The translations under genes were made by a program, and so were the position numbers. Positions 1 through 9,644 of a DNA stretch of 64,000 bases are shown piece by piece; within the stretch, counting starts at the first letter, position 1, and the number at the start of each line of letters is the position of its first letter. Under the pieces are notes generated by a model, which was given only the letters and a program-made list of their open reading frames with translations, ran no database searches and was not told the DNA's origin. Where the stretch lies: IMG/VR virus record IMGVR_UViG_3300048587_000983. One strand, given 5' to 3'. The stretch comes from a virus.

Positions 1-804
1 GAGATGCGGGTGTGCTTTCACGGCGAGCCTTACGAGCTGATTGAAACGGACGATTTTTCCGGCTGTGAGCTTAGGATCTGGGCTGAAATCTCGGGCGATC
101 CACAGCTCCGCGACGCCTTCAACAGAAAGGTGGACGTTCACTCCTACGCGGCTACAAAATGCTTTGCCCGCGAGGTTTCCAAGAAGGTGAACCCTCACCT
201 GCGGAATGCGGCCAAGGCGGTGAACTTTGGGATCATCTACGGCATGGGAGTCTATTCCCTTGTCGATCAGATCAATGCCCAGGGCTACCGCGATCCTGAA
301 GGCCGGCAGATGTCCATCGAAACGGGCCAGGAGCTCTACGACAAGTATATCCAGGAGTTCTCGGTGGGTATCGACTACCTTCGCGCCGTGGGGAGGGAGG
401 CTGCTGAGAAAGGTTGGGTGAGCGACCTTTTCGGCCGTCGCCGCTACTATCGCCTTCCTGATCCGACCGACGTGGAGAAGTTCCCGCGCGGGCGGCAGGA
501 CTTCGCCTACAAGGGGCTCATCTCCCGAATCGAGCGACAGGGCGGAAACTTTAAGATTCAGGCCATGAATGCGGAAATGACCAAACTTGCGATGGTGCTT
601 ATCCGGCAATACGCGCGCAAGAACGGGATCAGGACCAAATTTATGAACCAGGTGTATGATGAAGTTGTAACCAGAACGCACAAGGACGACTCCCCCTCCT
701 TCGCGCCAGTCAAGAAAAAGCTCATGGAGGAGGCGGCTCACAGGTGGCTTAAAACCGTGCCTATGGAGGTCGAGCAGAATGTCGGGCCCACGTGGACAAA
801 GTAA
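1..804 (+). CDS. polA: DNA polymerase family A, C-terminal polymerase domain (5'-partial, frame open at window edge)
   Basis: Motif A DFSGCELRI, motif B RNAAKAVNFGIIYG (Phe at E. coli 762 position), RQGGNFKIQ, motif C QVYDEVV. Confidence 0.95.
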   Translation, partial: EMRVCFHGEPYELIETDDFSGCELRIWAEISGDPQLRDAFNRKVDVHSYAATKCFAREVSKKVNPHLRNAAKAVNFGIIYGMGVYSLVDQINAQGYRDPEGRQMSIETGQELYDKYIQEFSVGIDYLRAVGREAAEKGWVSDLFGRRRYYRLPDPTDVEKFPRGRQDFAYKGLISRIERQGGNFKIQAMNAEMTKLAMVLIRQYARKNGIRTKFMNQVYDEVVTRTHKDDSPSFAPVKKKLMEEAAHRWLKTVPMEVEQNVGPTWTK

Positions 805-1150
805 GACCAACCCTAACCGCCCGCTGCCCCTCCCCGAGGATCGGCCGTGGGCTGCCCTTCCTTTGCAAACAAGACAGGACTTCCGGGTTTTCTTTGCCCT
901 TCGCGGGGTTCCGGCTTACCGCGTGCTCATCTACCCCAAGCTTCTTATTTTTCAGATCCACCCGCGTTACTTCAGCTGCCTTTATAATGAGTACGAGAAG
1001 AAACCCGAGCACGTCCAGTGGATCGTGGAGCCGATCTCCATGTGGCGTCATGTCCTCGGGCTGCAGGTCTTTGAGGACCACCTTGGGGCTGCTCGAATGA
1101 TTGAAGGGGAAGGTTATGGCGTCATATACCGCGACTCCAGAGACGGCTAG
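779..1150 (+). CDS. hypothetical protein
   Basis: 123-aa ORF filling the gap between polA and the next gene; start uncertain. Confidence 0.5.
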   Translation: MSGPRGQSKTNPNRPLPLPEDRPWAALPLQTRQDFRVFFALRGVPAYRVLIYPKLLIFQIHPRYFSCLYNEYEKKPEHVQWIVEPISMWRHVLGLQVFEDHLGAARMIEGEGYGVIYRDSRDG

Positions 1151-1859
1151 CTGTATTTTCCAACTCGCTGAAGGCAAGGTCTGTGGCGAGACCAAGGTTT
1201 ACGGGACAGGCAAGGACGCTCTTCGTTTTTGCTGGTCTCATTACGCTCTTCGCTGCGCCGAGTGTCAGACGAGGCAGGCCCTGTTTGAATGCGCGATGCT
1301 GACCGACGCGGGTACGGTTTGCCGGGCCCCCATGTGCTCGGTGGAATGCTACAAGGCCCACCAGCAAAAGCACCACCCGGTCTCCCGGCAACCGCTCAAA
1401 AAGAATGTGCCAATTCAAGTCGTATTTGCTGACGGCAGTATATACGACCACGAGGCCTTGGAGAGTGCGCTCGTCGAAGAGATCGTCTTCGAGCATCCCG
1501 TCACCAAAGCTCACGCCAGGTGTCTCAGAAGGCCGGGAGCCAGTCCAGGAGGCGTTCCCGTTTATGCAGAGCTTCCTCAGATCCGAAAGCCGCTCCCGCC
1601 CCCTCTGGAGCTGCCGAGGGTGTCCCCTCAGCCGTCTCCTCAACCCCAGCCCTCTCAAAGGAGCGGAGCGAGCCATCAGCATCATCCGAAAAACGCCGTG
1701 ACGGCATTCTCGCTTCATGTCAGTTGGCTTCTTGCATTGATCGAAACCCGCGACGAGCGCATTTTGAAGGTGCTTTCCGTCGAACACCTTCAGCGCCTTG
1801 AAAAGGTGCTGTGTGAAACAACCATTGCTCTTTTGGAGACAAACAATCATGGTGGCTAA
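1116..1859 (+). CDS. Cys/His-rich zinc-finger protein (HIT/MYND-like pattern) with Pro-rich linker
   Basis: C..C, CxxH, CxxC and CSxxC..HxxxH patterns in the N-terminal 90 aa; ATG at 1116 after GGGGAAGG. Confidence 0.6.
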   Translation: MASYTATPETASCIFQLAEGKVCGETKVYGTGKDALRFCWSHYALRCAECQTRQALFECAMLTDAGTVCRAPMCSVECYKAHQQKHHPVSRQPLKKNVPIQVVFADGSIYDHEALESALVEEIVFEHPVTKAHARCLRRPGASPGGVPVYAELPQIRKPLPPPLELPRVSPQPSPQPQPSQRSGASHQHHPKNAVTAFSLHVSWLLALIETRDERILKVLSVEHLQRLEKVLCETTIALLETNNHGG

Positions 1860-2079
1860 AACCAACCAATGCCAGCGCTGCAGCAGCACGACGGAGTGCC
1901 GCACGGTTTACCGTCTCGACTTTTCCATCGTTCTCTGCGAAAGCTGCCGGCTCGGGTTTTACAGGGCCGAGTCCAGCTGGTTTTATCCTGAATTCGATTT
2001 TAAAGGAGCCTTCTCTGATGACCAAAAAGAGATCCTTCCACCTTCGTCTTGTCCAGCCCCCTCTTCCGCAGCGGAATGA
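1849..2079 (+). CDS. small zinc-ribbon hypothetical protein
   Basis: CQRC...CESC; ATG overlaps the end of the upstream gene. Confidence 0.5.
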   Translation: MVAKTNQCQRCSSTTECRTVYRLDFSIVLCESCRLGFYRAESSWFYPEFDFKGAFSDDQKEILPPSSCPAPSSAAE

Positions 2080-2461
2080 AAAAGGTCCTGGTTATGATAC
2101 CGACCCTCATCTGAAAACCCACATGCAGAGCGTTTTCCTTCCTTTCAGCAGGGAGACGCTCTGGCTTCGCATCGAGCCCTGTGTCTGCGGCGGGGCCCAT
2201 CTTTTTTACGTAAGGCTCGTTGACGTTGACGACCTTTGCGACCACAAGCCCTGCCTTCGCGTAAAAGGCAGGATTGCGGAAGAGATCGTCCTCTCGCAAC
2301 ACGTCGAGTACAAGAGAGTCCATAGGTTTTTTGGCATAAGTCCTTTGAGATTGGTTTTAAAACACGTCTTCCGACTGCGGCGAAAGCTTGTCATGCGTGA
2401 TTTTGGTTTGCATCAGTCAACGGTCGTCAAGCAATACTTCGAGGATGCTTTTGGAATTTGA
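2018..2461 (+). CDS. hypothetical protein
   Basis: 147-aa ORF in the co-directional gene run. Confidence 0.45.
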   Translation: MTKKRSFHLRLVQPPLPQRNEKGPGYDTDPHLKTHMQSVFLPFSRETLWLRIEPCVCGGAHLFYVRLVDVDDLCDHKPCLRVKGRIAEEIVLSQHVEYKRVHRFFGISPLRLVLKHVFRLRRKLVMRDFGLHQSTVVKQYFEDAFGI

Positions 2462-2520
2462 CTCGTGTATGAATGCTTTGCAGAGAAAATCAGGTCAAGC
2501 ATTCCCATGCAGGAGGCCCT

Positions 2521-3282
2521 ATGAGCATCGTTACAAAAACAGGAGTGGTCTGGGACGTTGAGACCACAGGTCTTGACCCCGAAACATGCGACATCATCGA
2601 GATTGGGGCCGTAAAGTTTGAGTGGGAAGAAGAGGAGACGGACACAGGTCTTCGCATCGGCTCTCCTTCCATAATTTCTGTCTACGGTGGCCTTAGGGAT
2701 CCGGGCAAACCAATCCCTCCTGAGATCACAAAACTCACGGGCATCACCGATAAGGACGTCAAGGGTAAAAGTCTCAGTCAGAACGTTCTCCGCTCCTACG
2801 TCGAGGGCACTGACCTTCACGTCGCGCACAACGCGTTTTTCGATAAAGGCTTTCTTCTTAAAGCCCCGTTTTTCGCTGGGGCCGAAGGGGTGCGGTGGGC
2901 CTGCACGATCAAGCACATCGACTGGATGGAGAAAGGTTTTAAAAGCACGTCGCTCGCCTATCTTGGCTGCGACAATGGGTTTTTGAACCCCTTCCCTCAC
3001 CGCGCGGTCTTTGACTGCGCCTCAACCTTCAGGCTTATGGCTCCACATTTTGGAGAGCTTCTTCAAAACCATACGCAAAGGCTTATGCGGATTTACGCCT
3101 GGCGCTCGCCTTTTCACACCAAGGACACGCTTCGAGAGCGGAAGTATTTCTGGGATCCTGACCTTAAGGTTTGGAAGAAGGAATGCATCGAATCGAAGAT
3201 CGCCGACGAAGTCCAGTTTTTGCAACAAATGGTTTACGGTCATGCCAATTCCGGTCATGAAATCGAAGAGATAGCCATGTAA
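2521..3282 (+). CDS. dnaQ: DEDDh 3'-5' exonuclease (DnaQ/Pol III epsilon-like)
   Basis: ExoI DVETTG, ExoII VAHNAFFD, ExoIII HRAVFDC; SD GGAGG upstream of ATG 2521. Confidence 0.9.
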   Translation: MSIVTKTGVVWDVETTGLDPETCDIIEIGAVKFEWEEEETDTGLRIGSPSIISVYGGLRDPGKPIPPEITKLTGITDKDVKGKSLSQNVLRSYVEGTDLHVAHNAFFDKGFLLKAPFFAGAEGVRWACTIKHIDWMEKGFKSTSLAYLGCDNGFLNPFPHRAVFDCASTFRLMAPHFGELLQNHTQRLMRIYAWRSPFHTKDTLRERKYFWDPDLKVWKKECIESKIADEVQFLQQMVYGHANSGHEIEEIAM

Positions 3283-3320
3283 ATGTACTGCGCAATGGAT
3301 TAGCCCAAACCGTTATGCGG

Positions 3321-3351
3321 GCCCGCCTCCAGAGTTGGAAGCGGGCTTTTT
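3321..3351 (+). terminator. rho-independent terminator
   Basis: GCCCGCCTCCA-GAGT-TGGAAGCGGGC hairpin followed by TTTTT, 40 nt after the exonuclease stop. Confidence 0.7.
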
Positions 3352-3368
3352 CACATTAAGGAGACAAA

Positions 3369-4046
3369 ATGGAACAGAAGTGGAGCAACGAAGAGATTGG
3401 CCGTCTGATCGAAATAGCCTGTAAGGCACAGACCGGCTTGCTGCTCGGAAGAGAAAGCTATCAGGACACCAGGAAAGCCTTTCAGGACGCTCTTCGTACA
3501 GCTTACGACGCCGGACTCAGCATGAACAGCGAAAGGCTGCGGAGTGCTCACGAGGCCATGGACTCCACCAGCCGCCTCTGCGATGGTGCAAAAGCGGCGA
3601 TCGCGCAATACGAGGTGGTCCTCGAAACTGTAATGCGTGCTCTGTCGACGAGGATGACAACCGAAGACTACAAAACGCTTTGCCGTCACGACCTTGCCAC
3701 TTATCTGCTGAAAAAACTGCCCCAGTATCCAACCGGCGAGATTTACCAGATCTCCTGGCCGATGACGCTTGAAACAGCTGCGTTTCACGCCCGAAATCAC
3801 TGGGATCAATCCGGGTGTCACTATACCAGCTGCGCGCATTATGGTGGCGATGAGATTTACGTAACTGTTGTCGGGACGCCGCGAGCGCTTCTTCTCTGGG
3901 TGTGTGAGGAGTTTGACAACCTCGATGATATCCTCAAAAACTTCCACGTTTGCGACGACCCGGCGCTTATAAGACACTACATCTCTCAGCACCGCACAGT
4001 CGTCGATCCGACCGAAGAGCTCGAAGAAAAATTGGGTACAAGTTAA
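3369..4046 (+). CDS. hypothetical protein
   Basis: 225-aa ORF with SD AAGGAG. Confidence 0.7.
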   Translation: MEQKWSNEEIGRLIEIACKAQTGLLLGRESYQDTRKAFQDALRTAYDAGLSMNSERLRSAHEAMDSTSRLCDGAKAAIAQYEVVLETVMRALSTRMTTEDYKTLCRHDLATYLLKKLPQYPTGEIYQISWPMTLETAAFHARNHWDQSGCHYTSCAHYGGDEIYVTVVGTPRALLLWVCEEFDNLDDILKNFHVCDDPALIRHYISQHRTVVDPTEELEEKLGTS

Positions 4047-4077
4047 TTGTAGAATCTCTTTAAACAAGGAAGGTTTC

Positions 4078-4479
4078 ATGACTAAAGAAAAAAGCATTCG
4101 CTTGCACCCGGAGTTTGGCGTCAACCCCACCGTGCTCCAGTGCCCGATTTGCGGCGATGAGTACGGGGTTGCGTTGCTTGGTTATAACAGAGGGAAGGAG
4201 GCGCCACGGGTATCGTGCGACCCCAACTCGATTTGCGGCAAGTGCGAGGAACACAGAAAGATCGGCATTATCCTCATTGAGACGCGCGACGGTGAGTCTG
4301 GCAAAAACCCCCACAGAACGGGCCGCCTCTGGGTTGTAAAGGAAGAGTTCTTCACTCGCGCAGGCGAGCCGGATTCAAACACGGCGGAAATCCTCAAATC
4401 CCGAGTAGCCTTTATAACAAGAGCAACGGCAGATGCGATGGGTCTTCCGGACCCTGAACCCGAAAAAACTGGAGGTTAA
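4078..4479 (+). CDS. zinc-ribbon hypothetical protein
   Basis: CPIC...CGKC; SD AGGAAGG. Confidence 0.7.
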   Translation: MTKEKSIRLHPEFGVNPTVLQCPICGDEYGVALLGYNRGKEAPRVSCDPNSICGKCEEHRKIGIILIETRDGESGKNPHRTGRLWVVKEEFFTRAGEPDSNTAEILKSRVAFITRATADAMGLPDPEPEKTGG

Positions 4480-4482
4480 ATT

Positions 4483-5355
4483 GTGAGCGTCGAATACTGG
4501 CTCGTCACTGAAGCCGTGCCCTATTTCACAAAAAGACTCGGCGGTGACGTCTCTTTTTCAAACGGCGCGAGGATGTTCCAACTCCTCTTCGCCGCCGGCT
4601 GGGAGCCGACAAAAACCCATTACTCTGAAATACCGGACGTCATCTGGCGCATGCACGAAAGCGATGCGCGCGCGAGGATCATACGGCCCATAACGTTCTC
4701 GCTCATGCCCCCGCAGTCAAGACTTCCCGACAAGCAGAGCATCCCCCAATCCCCGCAGGACAGCATGATCCCGGTGGGTTTCCACGCAGACAACCGAACC
4801 TTCATAGTTCCTCTCATCGCTGACGTCGGTTATCGGAATAACGACAGCCCCTATCTTCAGGTCTACTTCGATCATGGAAACCAGGAGGGCCCCTACTTTG
4901 ACGAGACCGGTCATGTCTTTGAAGAAGGCTACGAGTGCGGTGGCGACCAGTTTGCGGAGTTCCTCCTTCCGTCTCTCAGCGAGGAGTGCGAGGAAACGGA
5001 TTTTGATGACGCCCTCCGGGAATTTCTTTTCGATCGCGTCAGCGGTCTTGCGCTAAAGCTCGGCTCGCAGTCTTTCTACAAAGGCTGGAACGAGTACCTC
5101 GTCTCGATTGAGCGGGAGAACTTCAGCTACACGGCCTTCACGGCCGAAGTCAGAGGGCTGCGGGATGAGGTCACAAGGCGAGGCGGCTCCTACGCTCTGG
5201 CGGTCTTCAACGCCGAAGTGAGGCGCATCGTGGATCACTTCTCAAAGCAGGCTTCCCTCTCTGAGCAGGAAAAGCACCGGCAGGCGCTGCGGTACCTCAA
5301 AGACTTTGCGCCGCAATCGATCCAGTCCGCACAGCAAGCCGGTTACGTTCACTAA
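4483..5355 (+). CDS. hypothetical protein
   Basis: 290-aa ORF, GTG start with SD GGAGG. Confidence 0.7.
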   Translation: MSVEYWLVTEAVPYFTKRLGGDVSFSNGARMFQLLFAAGWEPTKTHYSEIPDVIWRMHESDARARIIRPITFSLMPPQSRLPDKQSIPQSPQDSMIPVGFHADNRTFIVPLIADVGYRNNDSPYLQVYFDHGNQEGPYFDETGHVFEEGYECGGDQFAEFLLPSLSEECEETDFDDALREFLFDRVSGLALKLGSQSFYKGWNEYLVSIERENFSYTAFTAEVRGLRDEVTRRGGSYALAVFNAEVRRIVDHFSKQASLSEQEKHRQALRYLKDFAPQSIQSAQQAGYVH

Positions 5356-5404
5356 CCTTTTAATACCGCACCACAACGGTATGATCCTTGTAGAGATTTC
5401 TTCA

Positions 5405-5437
5405 GGGCCTGCCCGGTTTTCGGGTGGGCCCGATTTT
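5405..5437 (+). terminator. possible terminator hairpin
   Basis: GGGCCTGCCC/GGGTGGGCCC stem with 7-nt loop, then GATTTT; intergenic. Confidence 0.45.
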
Positions 5438-5467
5438 CCCAACCGATTGGATCTTATAGGAGCCTGA

Positions 5468-6277
5468 ATGGAAACGAATCTAAAAAAATCAACGTTTGAG
5501 GAATTTAAGGCCTGTGCGGAGCAGCGTTTAAGCCTGTCTCAGAACCGGAAAGAGGTCGACGGTGAATACACGGACTCTTACGTCAAACTTTCCGAGATGG
5601 CCCGAGAACTCCTGAAGGACGTCACTGCCGAGGATCTGCGTCGGTTAATTTTTGCCAGTCTTTCAGAAGAACACAAGCAGTCCGACCTCTACGGCTCCGG
5701 CGAGCTGATGCCGGTTCTTTCCGAAAATATTGTAGTCGCCGACTGGTGGTCAGACGAACCGTTTCCGCTGGCCTACTGCATTTTCCGTTTAGCTCATTTA
5801 CCGTGGGGCCAAGGGTCTCTTTGGCGAGCGCATCTCCATGTCAGCCTCCACGCTATCGAGCAGCTCAATTATACGGGACGGTCGAGGTCTGTTAAGACAT
5901 CGGTTTGTCACAACTGCGTTCGTGACTTCACTTGCTCTTCCGGAAAGATCTGTGTTGTCATCGAAGGTCAAGTCGATCAGGTAGCGCGGGCTGTTATCTT
6001 CGCCGTTGAAAACGGTTTCGCTCCCGTCACCGCGCTGGAGACTCTTGAAAAACTCGATAGTTCTGCGGAAGCACTGGATATCAAGTTCAAAAAGTATCAT
6101 GTGGTGCGGGAGTACAAAAGCGAAAAGACTTACGAGGTGCTTGCCTCCAGTCATGATAATGCTCTAAGGCTTGTCAACGAGAGTCTTTTGACCTCCGGCT
6201 CAACGCCTATTTCAGAAAGCGACCTCACATTCCATGGGGAGCGCGTTTACTGTGTGGACGAAGAGGCCGCGTTTTAA
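5468..6277 (+). CDS. hypothetical protein
   Basis: 269-aa ORF with SD AGGAG. Confidence 0.7.
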   Translation: METNLKKSTFEEFKACAEQRLSLSQNRKEVDGEYTDSYVKLSEMARELLKDVTAEDLRRLIFASLSEEHKQSDLYGSGELMPVLSENIVVADWWSDEPFPLAYCIFRLAHLPWGQGSLWRAHLHVSLHAIEQLNYTGRSRSVKTSVCHNCVRDFTCSSGKICVVIEGQVDQVARAVIFAVENGFAPVTALETLEKLDSSAEALDIKFKKYHVVREYKSEKTYEVLASSHDNALRLVNESLLTSGSTPISESDLTFHGERVYCVDEEAAF

Positions 6278-6391
6278 TCAGGTACTAAGGAGTCGAAATT
6301 CTCTAGTGGCTGACCGGCACCCTTCCTGATACTGTCTTTCCCTATTAGCAGCCAAACAGTCAGTTATCCTCTGCGAACGGGAGCCTTCCGT

Positions 6392-6784
6392 ATGACAGTG
6401 CCGCCGACAGCCGTTGGTACGTTTCGGGACAAGCGTGGGAATTTCTGGGTTAGCGTCGAGGCGGTTTGTGACTTCCTCGGCGTGGACTTTGGGTGTGAGC
6501 GAAAGCGCATAAAGGCCATGAGCCGGGCTTTGCACCCGCACAACTTCATGCGCCACCGCTTCACCTCTCCCCGCTCGCGCACTCGCTACTATATCTTCAG
6601 CCTGCCGGCCGGCGAGCTTTTGCTTTGGATCAATGCCATGGCGGAGACGCCATCCTATAAATGCCCGAAATCGGGTAAAAGATTTACGGTGGATCGCCAG
6701 CGCCTTCTTCATATTCGGCGGTCGCTCAAGAATCAAAAAGCGCTTTCAAAAGCCAGGGAGCTTGAGGAAGTGCTCTCAGCCTAA
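6392..6784 (+). CDS. phage antirepressor N-terminal (P22_AR_N-like) domain protein
   Basis: FWVSVEAVCDFLGVDFGCERKRIK resembles the P22 Ant N-terminal pattern. Confidence 0.5.
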   Translation: MTVPPTAVGTFRDKRGNFWVSVEAVCDFLGVDFGCERKRIKAMSRALHPHNFMRHRFTSPRSRTRYYIFSLPAGELLLWINAMAETPSYKCPKSGKRFTVDRQRLLHIRRSLKNQKALSKARELEEVLSA

Positions 6785-6795
6785 AGGACACACTA

Positions 6796-7515
6796 ATGCA
6801 AGAGCAAACATCGCTTGTGGCACGGGATGTCGTGCTGCAGCCCGGGGATCGTTTTGTCGTCAAGGAGCAGCCCTATGTTCTGAACGCCTGGCGCAAAATT
6901 CTCGGGATCGTGCAGGACGACGACCTTCTCAATGCCAAAATCCGTTACGTAAGAGTTTTTCAAGGAACGGCCACCATCGCCGCCCCCCACGTCCTTCTTC
7001 GCACGGGCTTAAACCTGCCTGACGGCTTTTACCAGCTGACGATCGACAACTGCCTCGTTTTCAGCGATCGGTGCGAGGAGGACATCAACAGGCCAAACCT
7101 TAAGGCCATGACAGCCAGCGAGCCCGTTCCGAGACAAGCCATGCACGATCTTTTAAACTGGGTTACCTGGGTCGGCGACCTCGATCGGCAAAAGCCTGCA
7201 ACGATCGGCATCAACCGTAAAGGGTTCTGGCTGGCGGACAACCCCAAGGCCCCTCCGCATCGAATCCCAAGCAGCCGTGAGGGTTACGCACTGGACCTCC
7301 CGGTACCCGAGGATGACCCGATTTTCGTGAGCGGCTTCAATCTTGAACTGGCGCTCAAGGAAATCACGCGGTACGATACGGTCGTAATCGCATACGAGAG
7401 AAACCCTAACGACCTCACGCCGCTTTTCATCGGGCAGAAGTGGGAACGGTGCGCTCTCGTTATGACAAAACCGCCGTATTTGACCCATTCGAGGCCACAT
7501 GGACAACAGCTTTGA
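6796..7515 (+). CDS. hypothetical protein, possible divergent DNA sliding clamp
   Basis: 239-aa ORF with SD AAGGA; C-terminus GFNLELALKEI..VVIAY..PLFI..ALVM recalls clamp domains; the ORF is solid, the function speculative. Confidence 0.6.
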   Translation: MQEQTSLVARDVVLQPGDRFVVKEQPYVLNAWRKILGIVQDDDLLNAKIRYVRVFQGTATIAAPHVLLRTGLNLPDGFYQLTIDNCLVFSDRCEEDINRPNLKAMTASEPVPRQAMHDLLNWVTWVGDLDRQKPATIGINRKGFWLADNPKAPPHRIPSSREGYALDLPVPEDDPIFVSGFNLELALKEITRYDTVVIAYERNPNDLTPLFIGQKWERCALVMTKPPYLTHSRPHGQQL

Positions 7516-8314
7516 CAAGCTTTTCTACCATCACGGGCGTTTTGTTGCCGGCGTGGACGAGACCGGCGTCTCCGATATCGCCGGGCCGCTCATTGCGGCC
7601 TGCGTGATCCTGCCCCAATTCCAGGGGCGGGCGGACGACGTCCGGATCTTTGAAGTGGACGACTCCAAAAAGGTCCCGGAGCGCTACCGCAAGAAAAAGG
7701 CCGAAGTGATCTGGCAATGCGCGCTCGGCATCGGCATAGGGGAGGTGACCCCGACCGAGATCGACGCTCTTGGACAGGAGGCCTCGGTTCGTCTGGCCAT
7801 GCTGCGCTCGATTATGGCGTGCAAGGCGCCAGGCAGCAACAAGCCGGCACGCCCTGATTTTTTAATGATTGACGATGCGCAGGGCGTCTACGCCCCGCTC
7901 AAAATCAAACAGGCCAACATTCCCGGCGGTGACGGAAAAAGCCTTTGCATCGCCGCGGCCAGCATCATAGCCAAGGTCTATCGTGACGAGTATATGTGCA
8001 AGCTCCACCAGAGCTACCCCTATTACGATTGGATCAACAACAAGGGCCACCCCTGTAAAAACCACTTCGATGGCCTTGACTCCCATGGTTTTCAGGTGGG
8101 GATTCACCGGGTCAAGCGCTGGCCGTTTGTCAAAAACCCGCGCCTTGCTGAAGATGCCGCGGAGTCAGCCATGTGGAACAGACGGCGAAGGCTCTGGCGC
8201 AAAATCACCGAGCAGAAACTGGAATCGGAAATAGGAGAGGGTCTATGGACTTTAAAACCTCAATCCTTTCGTCCCTCACAGCGCTCCAGGAGCCCTATAC
8301 AAAAGGCTCTGTGA
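7499..8314 (+). CDS. rnhB: ribonuclease HII (atypical)
   Basis: GVDETG..AGPLIAACVILP, DDSKK, MIDD, GGDGKSLCIAAASIIAKVYRD, NKGHP. Confidence 0.92.
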   Translation: MDNSFDKLFYHHGRFVAGVDETGVSDIAGPLIAACVILPQFQGRADDVRIFEVDDSKKVPERYRKKKAEVIWQCALGIGIGEVTPTEIDALGQEASVRLAMLRSIMACKAPGSNKPARPDFLMIDDAQGVYAPLKIKQANIPGGDGKSLCIAAASIIAKVYRDEYMCKLHQSYPYYDWINNKGHPCKNHFDGLDSHGFQVGIHRVKRWPFVKNPRLAEDAAESAMWNRRRRLWRKITEQKLESEIGEGLWTLKPQSFRPSQRSRSPIQKAL

Positions 8315-8469
8315 CGTGGAAGCAGATCGAGGAGATGAAACTTATGGTCGGCCGCGAGGACAACGTGACCAAGCTCGCCCACATGCTCAAGATCATGCAG
8401 GAGCTTCTGGGCCGTGAGATCAAGGTCACAGCACCGGAAGAGGAGACGGTCGATGACAGCACCCTATGA
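8245..8469 (+). CDS. hypothetical protein
   Basis: 74-aa ORF, SD GGAGAGG, overlaps the rnhB 3' end. Confidence 0.45.
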   Translation: MDFKTSILSSLTALQEPYTKGSVTWKQIEEMKLMVGREDNVTKLAHMLKIMQELLGREIKVTAPEEETVDDSTL

Positions 8470-9037
8470 AAACTCCGAGCCCATTGTGAGCCGCTACAGC
8501 GAAATCCTCTTCGGCGTCAGGCACGGTTCGGAAAGCTTCACCGTCGCATTTCTTCCTGGAAAGATCGCCCTTGCGGGAACGCCGGGCCACCAGTTTTTTT
8601 TAAATCCTGGCAATGTCCCGGCGGAGCGCCTCGGTGAGGTCATGCAGTCGAGAAAGGACCTTATGGAGCGCGCTCTTGTCCATAAGGAAACCAGCTCGGA
8701 TCGTGCCAAATTTCTAACGTCAATCGACACCCTTTTGCATGAGGGCGTGATCGATGGGGTCGGGCGGGCCACCCTCCGCGCTTTCATCATGAAGTGCGAC
8801 TGCCCTCCGAAAAGAATCAAGGAAAAACTGAGAGCTATGGGTTACGCCCATATCATCCCGCAGCTCGACTTTGAGCGTTACCCCGACGAGCTGACGAGCA
8901 CCATCGATGCCATGGAGAAGTTTTTGAATGGCCTCCCAAAGACTACAGAAGCCGCCGCGCAAAGTGAAACCAGGAGCACTCGCGCCCGAGCTGCAATTTC
9001 GCCTTCACCTCAGCGAAGGCCATCTAAAAGTTCTTGA
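8453..9037 (+). CDS. hypothetical protein
   Basis: 194-aa ORF, SD GAGGAG. Confidence 0.6.
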   Translation: MTAPYENSEPIVSRYSEILFGVRHGSESFTVAFLPGKIALAGTPGHQFFLNPGNVPAERLGEVMQSRKDLMERALVHKETSSDRAKFLTSIDTLLHEGVIDGVGRATLRAFIMKCDCPPKRIKEKLRAMGYAHIIPQLDFERYPDELTSTIDAMEKFLNGLPKTTEAAAQSETRSTRARAAISPSPQRRPSKSS

Positions 9038-9407
9038 AAAAGCCCTCGACCTTTATTCGCGCGTCGGCATGGGGCAGCTCGCCGAACCCATCCGAATCAT
9101 GGCCGAGGGGCGGCCGGATGCCGCCGGGATCACAGAAATCCGCGATGCCCTCGTTACGGCTTTGGGCGGGGTGGAGTTTCCCGATCAATCGCAGTCCATC
9201 AGCTCCAGCCGCATCTCTGATGAGTTTCGTGTGGCCTACGATATCCAGCAGGTTGCGCGCCATGCGCTCCATACCGTTCGCTTTTACCGCGACCCGGGCT
9301 ATAGGCAAAATTGTAATGCTTACGTCTACGGCGATCTGCCGAGAAGGTATTCGGCCTATGAGCCGATCATGCCCATTCTGCTCATGAGGCCTCTTCTTAG
9401 GAGGTAG
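8928..9407 (+). CDS. hypothetical protein
   Basis: 159-aa ORF; start uncertain. Confidence 0.55.
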   Translation: MASQRLQKPPRKVKPGALAPELQFRLHLSEGHLKVLEKALDLYSRVGMGQLAEPIRIMAEGRPDAAGITEIRDALVTALGGVEFPDQSQSISSSRISDEFRVAYDIQQVARHALHTVRFYRDPGYRQNCNAYVYGDLPRRYSAYEPIMPILLMRPLLRR

Positions 9408-9410
9408 GTC

Positions 9411-9644
9411 GTGAGTGTCAAAGCCCGTCTTGAATTTCTCGATGGTTCCGTATTCGAGGTCGCCCTCCCCGCCTGGCATCAGGAAGCGGTGATTCTCGTT
9501 TCGCCAAAACCGGGTACAATGGAGAACGTAAACCTCGATTATGTTAGAACGACAAGGGCGCTTGTGCGGGTTTACCGTGAACGGCCCCCGGCCCGGATCA
9601 TTCCCTTTCCTCTCGACAGGGTGAAGCGAAAGGCCGGCAGTTAA
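9411..9644 (+). CDS. hypothetical protein
   Basis: 77-aa ORF, GTG start with SD GGAGGT. Confidence 0.6.
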   Translation: MSVKARLEFLDGSVFEVALPAWHQEAVILVSPKPGTMENVNLDYVRTTRALVRVYRERPPARIIPFPLDRVKRKAGS

